Of a DNA stretch of 64,000 bases, positions 38,703 through 48,419 are shown piece after piece. The DNA lies in the NCBI GenBank assembly GCA_016748015.1, contig JAAOMT010000494.1, positions 922,190-986,189 on the forward strand, given 5' to 3'. The stretch comes from Geosiphon pyriformis uo1 (taxonomy: Eukaryota > Fungi > Glomeromycota). Position 1 is the first letter of the stretch. Each line of letters starts with the position of its first letter. The translations under genes were made by a program, and so were the position numbers. Below the pieces are notes generated by a model, which was not told the origin of the DNA, did no database searches, and was given only the letters and a program-made list of their open reading frames with translations.

Positions 38703-39577
38703 TGTTATGGTTTAAGAATTTAGCAAAAGAATCATAAAAATAATATAAACTATTCAATTATAATATAGCACAGTAATAATCTTAGAAAGGTAATGATTAA
38801 CATAGTAGCAAATACCATCTCGTAATAGTGACAAGCACCAGTTCACAATAGCAGCCAATATCAACTGGTGATAGCAGCAAACACCAGGTTGAAATATTAA
38901 AAAGAAAGTATTACAATGTGTTTTTTCATAGAACTACAAACATGTATATATACAGTAGTTTTAATATTGAGAAAAGAGAATCAAGTAATAAAAATCATAA
39001 TTTATCAAGCAATAAATCCAATTTTATCCAACAAACTCCACTTTAAATCATACTTTCAAATTAAATATCCCAAGAAACTTTTAAATCAAAAAGAAATGAA
39101 AAAAAAATATTTAAAACTGAATTATCACAACCCAAAGTATTAAGAAACTTACTTGTATTATTTATTGAATGAAACTATCATTCATCAACTGAATCCCTTG
39201 GAAGAATAATTTTTGATCAAGATTATTTATGTTGTTACTAATTGATAAAAGCTTTATTGTAAGAATTAGGAAAAGCACTAAAGACCATTAACATTCTGTG
39301 TTTCTAGATTAGAGAAACACATCAGGCAATTGCAAAAATAGCCTCAGAAAAGACCCCAGACAGTAGGTAGATTTCAGTTTAGTCTCTGAGAAGGAGTACA
39401 TAAACACACACAACAATCAGGAATTAAAGAATAACTTACATTGGGACATTAAAAAGAAAGCCTTCAGTATAACAGTAATATTATTACACAAATAGAATTG
39501 AGGAACTCACAAATAACTGATTGCAATTAAAATGGGATATTGGCAATTAAATATAACAAAAAGACCATCCCGTAACA
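38703..39577 (+). repeat. 5' LTR of D (875 bp)
   Basis: Aligns end to end with 47546-48419 and with the reverse complement of 17000-17873. TATA-like tgtatatatac near 38943. Confidence 0.95.
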
Positions 39578-39579
39578 TT

Positions 39580-39596
39580 TGGTGCTTCCTATGAGA
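39580..39596 (+). promoter_or_regulatory. Primer-binding site of D
   Basis: tggtgcttcctatgaga, 2 nt after the LTR. A decayed form of TGGTGCTCCCTGTGAGG, which is intact in A and B. Confidence 0.85.
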
Positions 39597-39659
39597 AAAG
39601 AAAATCAAAAAGGAAATAATAATTAGCAATAATTCATTGCTAAAAAAGAAGAGACAAAA

Positions 39660-42600
39660 GTGGCAACAAAAACCCCTAACCTTACTGTTTTTGAATTCTG
39701 CTGTGCTATTTACACACAAAATCAAAGTGATCTTGGATTACCAAAAGAGTGTTGTCTAGCAGAATTTGCCCTCACTTATTATATCAATGCCAGAATAAAT
39801 TATCATATAGGAAAGAAAAAAGAACCACATGATACAAAACTTGGATTGTATAGAGAATTATCACAATACACTACAAAAGAAGTAGCAGTAATAGCCGCAA
39901 CTATTGTCAAAATCTATCAAGAAATTGAGCAATACGCCAATGAAAATTTTTCAATATCCACAGAAAACACTAGGGAACGCACCAACAAAACCAAAGAAAA
40001 TTTAGAAACTAATCAGGAAAGTAACCAGCAAAAACTAGGAACACCTGCTCAAACACCAAAGAAAACTGTCACTCAATCAATAAAGAAACAATGTATTTAT
40101 TCATCAGAAGATAAATTATACCATTTTTCACCAAAAAATAAGATACAAATTTCATTAGGAGCTGCATCATTATCAACATCAACTCTACAAACGCCAAAAA
40201 CTCCCAGTTATACTGATAAAATTAAACAATGTAACTGGGGAGACATACCAATTACAGAAAGATATTTATCACTATTCCAAATTTCTCTTTTTCAGCCAAA
40301 ATTCAGAACGGAATTTGAAAACTGTGAAGAGGAATCTAAATTGGAATCCGAAAAAGAGACCAGCAAAAAAACAATTACAAGACCAGTTACTAGAACAAGC
40401 AGCCAGTCCAAAAACCAAGAAACTTGTAATCAAGAGGAAGAACTGGATATAAGGAAAGCCACCTTTAGGAACGCTCAAGGAAATATCATCTCATCTTCTC
40501 TTAGACCAATAAGCTCACCAGTAGAAAACAGCAACAAAATGGCCACACCATACATTACAAGACTAACAGATTTCTCAGAAGAGAAAAAAGAAATGAACGT
40601 GCACACATGGCTCAGAAAAGCACAAAAAGCCATCCAGGCAAATAACTGGAATGACCAAAGAGCAATTCAAACATTACCTTTCTTCCTAAAAGGCACAGCT
40701 GACTTGTGGTATCAAAGCCTGGAAACAAAACCCACGAGCTTTGCTGAATTTAAAAATGCACTCCTGGAGTATTTTAGCGATCCAAACACCATAATTCAAC
40801 TACAGAATGAATTCAATACTATCAAGCAAAATACCAGTAAAACTGTCACCTAATATCTTGCTTGATTCAATCGAATTTGCTGTCAGATTGAAGTAATTGA
40901 ACAAGGATACTATACTGATCCTCAGGTTTTAAATCAGTTTATTAGAGGATTAAAAAGCAGCATTTTAGAAAGAGTATGCTCTGCCCACCCTAATTCCTTA
41001 CCAGAAGCCATTACGCTCACCAGAGCCCTTGAATCAGCTAAGAAAGAAGCTAACCATAGTCAAATGGTTAACATGGTAATGGAGGAAAATAAGACAGAAA
41101 CATTAGAGAAAAGAGTAATGCAATTAGGGGAGGAACTCTCTAAGAAAATAGAAAGTTATCTTATCCTAGATCCAAGAAGAAATACATATCAACCACCTTA
41201 AAGACGCAGCCAGGAGGCCAACAACAGTCGAAATAATTGCTTATCACGCCAGGAATTCAGAACAGAAACATGTGTCTGCCATTTTTGCAAACGTGTAGAA
41301 CATTTGATTAGTTAATGTCAAACACGAATAATATAGAAAGCACATAAAAATAATTACTACATGCCACCCCAAATACCCAAAAACCAGTACATGCCAATAC
41401 CACACCAATATTTCACCACATATTAAAATCAAGGAGCTTATTAGCAACAGCCCATGATAGCCAACCCGAATTGGCGTCCCGAGGCCCGAAATCAGCCCAT
41501 GTAGAACCAGAACACATTGGTCCAGAGGAATCCAAACTGTGCTGGAATCAATCAGCAAACCAATCCAAACTATCAAAATTATCAACAAACTTATCTTAAT
41601 ATACCAGAAAATCTAATCATTGAAAACAATGACAGTAAAAACATAAACAGAACCAAAAATTCCTCCAACAAATTGAGCCAGACAATACCACTAGCAGTTG
41701 CCACCGAAGATAGCAGCCTCACAGCTATTTTTCCTTTTGAATTAAAGGAAAACGAGACTATGTTCAGTGGAGCAGCATTGGACGAAAAACACCCAGTCAC
41801 TGCTATGTATATGGAAGCCACTGTAAACAATACCCCAATTAAACTTATCTTAGACAGCGGATTCACTGGAAGCATCATAACGCTTCAACTAGTAAACCAA
41901 CTGGGTTTCAAAGTTGATCATGCTGTAATGTTCCAAATTATAACAGCCAATAGAAATACAAAGCTGCCTCATAGCAAAATTGACTCATTCCTTTTTGAAA
42001 TTAACAGCATAGTAATATCTACAAAAGTATTAATAATAGATGCTACACAATATCAAGCATTAGTAGGGAATGACTGGCTAACAAAAGCCAATACCACCCT
42101 AGACTGAACCACCCAAGAGCTTCTGATCAATTATAATGGCCACTAGGCCAAAATTCCAGCCACCTGTGGCTACTTCCAAAAACCCAGCGCCAACCAAAGA
42201 TCTACCTTCAAATTTAAGAAAAATCTAGCACTACCAGCCATCGAAACTTATCAGCTCTCTTGAGCTAATGACCAAAAAACAGGACTACCAGCTGTACCAA
42301 CATGGACCAGTAAAGAAAGATCCAAATGGAACCAGGTAAGTTCACAAAAAAACCACCAGTAACACAGACCAAAGCTAGAATGCTCGGTTTGCAAGAAGAA
42401 ATTCTCATCTATGACTGTATGCAGCACACCAGATGAAGACCCAAGAAACCCTATCCACTACTATTATAACTGTTGTAACAAAGAAAAATATGGTTATCCA
42501 GAAAGACATAGAAAATGGGACAAGAAACCATGTCTCACTTGTGAAAAACCGTTACCAAGAGAGTGCAACTGGAACGACATACCAAACAGAGGAGAAACAT

Positions 42601-45370
42601 GTGACATAACTTGCCAATACACAATCCTCATCTGTGACTGGGTAAGAGGAGGAACGCCGTTTGAAGCAGTATTCAACAGAGTGTTAAAAAGACTACAGCA
42701 CTATCTATATGACAAGAATGAGTTGTATAACACCACACAAGCCAAAGTAAGAGGAGAAATCGCTGAAGAAATATGACATTGAAAAGAGTCAGCCGAAGTA
42801 GCCAATGAAATCGCCAGCTACAATATGTTTGACCCAGTGGACAAATTCCAGAACTACTACCAACAACTATGTCCCACTTGACAAGAGCAAGAACAATACC
42901 TTGCCCAAATCAACACTTACCTCTGTGAAAACTGTCTTATCCTGTGCCAATATCAGTGCTGTGAAGAGTGTCAAGACAAAAGGGACTTAGAAAGAAAAAT
43001 GGAAATTGAGAATCAGCAGTCTCAAAATCAATCAATAAATCAACAAGACTCACCTAACAGTTCTGAGTCAGAAAAATTTGTAGCCTATACTAACCTAGAA
43101 CAGGTGACCGATATCTAATACTTTGACAACGGGCACTTAGAAATAATACTTAAAAGAGCCTATCCAATCAATGCTGGATTTGATCTACATTATCTGGAAG
43201 ACCAATCCACAACATTACTACTTAGGAGTATTACCAAAATCGACCTAAAAATAGTGGTTAAAATTCTGCCAGGAATAATGGTTCAAATAGTGTCACAATC
43301 AAGCCTCACAAAAAAAAGAATAAGCATTTAAGGAGGAGTAATTGACTCTGGATACACTGAAAATTTGATGGTTTTGTTACAGAACAATTCAGAAAAGCCT
43401 TATACTATTGAATTTAAGAAAAAAATTGCACAAGCAATTTTCCTACCATTAATAAAAATTGGGAAATTTGTGCCAGTGGAAAATTGTAAGGAATTGTCAT
43501 AAACAACAAGAGGAACTTTTGGTTTCGGATCAACAGAAAAAGGAATTGAAGCAAATTTCACTGAAACAATAGAGGAAAAAGGTGAAGTAATTAAAACTGA
43601 GTGGTCCATCATGCTCCTACCATATGGAAAATCAGAAATAAGAATAAAAAGAACAATTAAAGAAAAAGACCTAATATTTGAGCCCTACCCAGAAACTTAC
43701 CAACAGTTTCTCATAGGACTTACTAATCTTTTATTTCAGCTGATAAAGCTCAATAGATAAAAATTTCTATTGCAAACACCACAGAAGAATCTGTCTATAT
43801 TTCAGAAGATACTATTATTGAATACTTCAGAATGGAGCTAGAAAATGCATCAATACCACAAAAAATTCTAAATTTCCCAGAAATCGCTCTCTACTATAAA
43901 CTCACTTCAATAAATTGACAACAACTGTTGGAATGCTATTAATTTATGACAGAAGAATTAACCAAATTAAACATTGGAACAATGGATCCTGACCAACAGC
44001 GACAATTAAAAGCATTAATTTTAAAATACTCTAATATATTTTCACAAAATGGCAAATTTGAAAGAACCAACTTGGTTCAACACCAAATCTCCACTGGAGA
44101 TGCCAGATCTAAAAAACAATGCACTTACTGTGTCCCACTAATGGAGCATAATTTAATCAGAGAAGAAGTCCAAAGCATGTTGGAAAAAGGAATAATACAA
44201 TTATTAATGAGCCCATGGTTCTCACCAGTTGTTTTAGTAAGAAAAAAGAACGGAAAAATTAGATTTTGTGTCAACTATCACAAACTAAACAGCAAAACAA
44301 CCAAAGACTTATACCCAATACTGTTAATTAACAAAATCTTTGATGTTTTTGGAGAAGCAAAATGGTTTTCTACACTGGACTTGACCAGTGAGTACTGGCA
44401 AGTAAAAATGGACCCAAAGGACAGGCATAAAACAGCATTCACAACACAAAATGGCAATTATGAGTTCAATATAATATCATTTGGATTAATAAATGCTCCC
44501 GTAACATTCTAAAGACTAATGGATGTAATTTACTCCAGAATCCTGTAGCAATCCGTTGTTGTCTACTTGGATAATACAAATGTTTTCTCGTCAAAATTCA
44601 CAGATCATTTCCAATATTTACAACAAGTTTTTAAGAGATTGAGACACACTGGACTTAAACAAAATCTAAAAAAATGTTTCTTTGGGAAAAATAAGCTAGC
44701 ATTTTTAGGACACATAGTTAAAAAAGATAGAATAAAACCAGATCTATCAAAAATAGACAAAGTGAAAAATTTTCCAGTACCTTAAAATGTTTCAGAAGTT
44801 AAAAGCTTTTTAGGACTCGCATCTTACTACTGCCGCTTTGTAGAAAACTTTTCAAACATCGCCAAATTCCTTAATTATCTACTATTCAAAAATGTGAAGT
44901 TTGAATGGACTAAAGCACAACAAAAAGCTTTCAAGTACTTTAGACAAAAGCTTATTGAATTACCAATAATAATCTATCCGAATTTCAACAAGAAATTCAT
45001 TTTGGCCACAGATGCCTCTAGAACTGGACTTGGAGCCATTCTGTCACAAAAAGATAATAATGGAAGAGAACATATAATCACTTATGCCAGCAGAAGTCTC
45101 AGTACGGCAGAGCAAAACTATGCAGCACACGAACTTGAATGCTTAGCAATAGTCTGAAGTTGTGTTCACTTTGACACATATTTACAGTACCAACTCTTTG
45201 AGATTACCACAGATCATAGAGGTCTGGTCTGGTTAAATAACAAGAAAGTGCTAAAAAGAAAATATGCCAGATGGTCACAAATGTTAGCACTATATGATTA
45301 TATTATCAAATACAAAGAAGATACCAAAAATGCTAATGCTAACTGTTTGTCAAGAATGAGACACACATAA
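39660..45370 (+). pseudogene. D ORF1 polyprotein: Gag, aspartic protease, Cys-rich domain, dUTPase, RT, RNase H (~1900 codons)
   Basis: One frame apart from a 1-nt loss near 43730 and transition-derived stops. Capsid WLRKAQKAIQANNWND. Zn knuckle CHFCKRVEHLIS*C (~41276). Protease LILDSG (~41850). dUTPase AGFDL...RGTFGFGST (43173-43535). RT WFSTLDLTS and YLDN(D)T. RNase H ATDAS, ELECLA, TDH. Ends LSRMRHT*. Confidence 0.92.
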
Positions 45371-45399
45371 AAATCACCAACCCGCCCACCACAACAACA

Positions 45400-46779
45400 A
45401 TGAACAACCACCTTTACAAAAACCTCAGCCAATACTTAGAAACACTACAAATAGATGAAGAAATACCAGTAAAAGAGCTAATTAAGCTCCAAAAATTAGC
45501 AAAACACTATTTTATCCAAAATCATATACTTTATTACTGGAATTGACAAAATCCAGATAATCCATTAAGAGTTATAACCACAGATAAAAAAGAAACTATC
45601 TTATTTAATATGCACTCAGATATTCATTCAGGCCACTTTGAAAAAACAGCAACCATCTAATGTGCAACTAGCTGTTACTATTGGCCAAAAATGAGTTCAA
45701 ACATAATCCAATACATAAGAAATTGTGACCCATACTAATAAAGAGGAGGAGCAAAATCAACAGAATTATTAAGACCAATAAAAGTTGGACAGTTATTTGA
45801 CAGAATTAGAATTGATTTAGTTGGACTTTTACCAATAACAACAAGAAAAAACTGTTATATTGCAGTAGCCGTGGACTATCTTACCAAATGGCCAGAAGCT
45901 AAAGCTATTAAAACAGCTAATGCTATTTCTGTAGCTCAATTTGTACATGAAGACTTAATTTGTCAGCATGGATGTCCACAAAAATTGCTATCAGATCAAG
46001 GCATACACTTTGTAAACAGCACCTTAAAAGAACTTAGCCAAAAATTTGGAATCAAGTAACCACTGTCATCATCATATCACCTTTAAACAAATGGATTAGT
46101 TGAAAGATTTAATCACACATTATGCGAATTACTGGCGAAAATTAGTAACAAACATGAAAAAGAATGAGATTTGTTCATACCAGCAGTACTACTAGCATAT
46201 AGAACAGTAAAACAAGATACTACACAATTTATACCGTTTGAACTAGTTTATGGAAGAAAAGCCACATTACCAGTTGAACTTACTATCCCAATTTATCCAA
46301 GTGACACTATTACAAAAACAACATTCCAGGAAACACTACTTAGAAAAACATACAAATTAATGGGAACTTTAAAAAACAAAAGAAGAAAAGCAGCACAAAA
46401 TATTGAACAATCACAAGAACAACAAAAAGTGAGACATAATAACCAGTTACCAGATAATATAATTAGTTACAAAATTGAAAATAAAGTATTGTTGCATTGT
46501 ACAAAAATGAAAAAACAATGGAGTAGAAAATTTGATTACAAGTGGGATGAACCATTTTATATTCACAAAATACTTGGAAATGAAGCATATAAGCTAAGAC
46601 TAGATGATAAAATATTAAGAAAAGCAGCACATAGTAACCAGCTGAAATTTTATTACAGTAAACCAGTAATAACAACAAAGACACCCAGAATTGGAACACA
46701 ATTACCTTTAATTCTACCAGAACAAATTCCATGAGATTTAGAACCAATAATTTTAATTGAACATTATTCAAAAAAATAA
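45400..46779 (+). pseudogene. D ORF2: stand-alone DDE integrase (~459 codons)
   Basis: Own ATG 29 nt after the ORF1 stop, in a different frame. HHCC finger MHSDIHSGHF...YYWP...CDP. Catalytic IDLVG, SDQG and GLVERFN. GPF-like WDEPF. Tail IP(W)DLEPIILIE. Confidence 0.92.
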
Positions 46780-46821
46780 TTAATCTTAGATTACAGCAAA
46801 AATGATTTAACAACCATAAAA

Positions 46822-47532
46822 ATGCATACCAAAGATTCCAAAATAGCAGTCAAAATTAAAACAATGATACTTATTCCAGAAAACATCAACAATATAACTC
46901 AACAATTAGTTGAAAGCTTACAACAATTGAAATCCAATCTGGAAATCACAGTTAATAGCTCCAAAATAACATATATAAAAAGAACAATAGAAAATTCAAA
47001 AACAAAAAAAGAACATAATTTTGAATCATATAATATTACCAAACATAACAACAAATTTATCAGCAAAGTTATTGAAAAATTAGAGATAGCATTGGGCAAT
47101 ACATTAATAATGGAAAAAATAGAAATAAGTGAATTAACACCAGACATATTTAGCAACTTGAAAACGAAATTTCCAATTAACTACTGTTATTATCAACTAG
47201 GAAAGCACTTGAACATACAAACATTATACTCAAAAGACTCAACTAGAGTGTTTGACAAAACAACTATCCAACTATTAAAACTTTTCATTGGAAAAACCAA
47301 CACTACATTCCATTCAAAAACAGTTTATAGAATTTTCAAAGCATTTGAAAACTGTTACAAACTATTGTTGGACCCAACTATAAACATAATAACCACTAAC
47401 AGTATTGAATGACTTACCAACTTGCAATTTCAAGAATTACAACAACAAATTAATAACACAGTATTGAACCACTATAGTAACTTAGAATTTAATAAAGAAA
47501 TTAACTTCAATTTCGACAGAGCTCAATCTTAA
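46822..47532 (+). pseudogene. D ORF3: unknown ~220-235 aa protein between integrase and PPT
   Basis: 196-aa ORF that continues past one TGA to FDRAQS*. Homologues occupy the same position in B, C, E, F and G. Confidence 0.8.
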
Positions 47533-47545
47533 AAGGAGAGAATAA
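47531..47545 (+). promoter_or_regulatory. Polypurine tract of D
   Basis: aaaaggagagaataa directly before the 3' LTR. Same motif at 25467, 32953, 54847 and on the minus strand at 9050-9065 and 1303-1319. Confidence 0.88.
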
Positions 47546-48419
47546 TGTTATGGTTTAAAAATTTAGCAAAAGAATTATAAAAATAATATAAACTATTCAA
47601 TCATAATATAGTGCAGTAATAATTTTAGAAAGGTAATAATTAACATAATAGCAAACACCATTTCGTGATAGTGACAAGCACCAGTTCACAATAGCAGCCA
47701 ACACCAACTGGTGATAGCAGCAAACACCAGGTTGAAATATTAAAAAGAAAGTATTACAATGTGTTTTCTCATAGAACTACAAACATGTATATATACAGTA
47801 GTTTTAATATTGAGAAAAGAGAATCAAGTAATAAAAATCATAATTTATCAAGCAATAAATCCAATTTTATCCAACAAACTCCACTTTAAATCATACTTTC
47901 AAATTAAATATTCCAAGAAACCTTTAAATCAAAAAGAAATGAAAAAAAATATTTAAAACTGAATTATCACAACCCAAAGTATTAAGAAACTTACTTGTAT
48001 TATTTATTAAATGAAACTATCATTCATCAACTGAATCCCTTGGAAAAATAATCCTTGATCAAGATTATTTATGTTGTTACTAATTGATAAAAGCTTTATT
48101 ATAAGAATTAGGAAAAGCGCTAAAGACCATTAACATTCTGTGTTTTTAGATTAGAGAAACACATCAGACAATTGCAAGGATAGTCTCAGAGAAGACCCCA
48201 GACAGTGGATAGATTTCAGTTCAGTCTCTGAAAAGGAGTACATAAACACACACAACAATCAGGAATTGAAGAATAACTTACATTGTGACATTAAAAAAAA
48301 AGCCTTCAGTATAACAGTGACATTATCACACAAATAGAATTGAGGAACTCACAAAAGACTGATTGCAATTAAAACAGGATATCGGCAATTAAATATAACA
48401 AGAAAACCATCCTGTAACA
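47546..48419 (+). repeat. 3' LTR of D (874 bp)
   Basis: Follows PPT aaaaggagagaataa and ends tgtaaca. Confidence 0.95.

Larger units (their letters stand above)
38703..48419 (+). mobile_element. Element D: full-length Ty3/Gypsy-like LTR retrotransposon, the least decayed copy (9.7 kb)
   Basis: Direct LTRs at 38703-39577 and 47546-48419 (TGTTA...TAACA). PBS at 39580, PPT at 47531. 4-bp TSD atga/ataa. Removing D restores the gag of host element F. Confidence 0.96.

Noticed and set aside
38916-39143. Triplicated ORF MCF(F/L)IELQTC... (also 17405-17659 and 47759-47956)
   Set aside because: Lies inside family-D LTRs across the TATA box. The repetition only reflects LTR copies, and the ends differ.
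39660-45370. Alternative genetic code, or a programmed Gag-Pol frameshift, to explain the stops
   Set aside because: Internal stops differ between copies and map to Trp, Gln or Arg codons by single transitions. Gag and protease share a frame in C and D. The shift near 43730 appears specific to D.
5224-48419. Orientation bias of nested insertions (four antisense, two sense to the host)
   Set aside because: Six events are compatible with chance.
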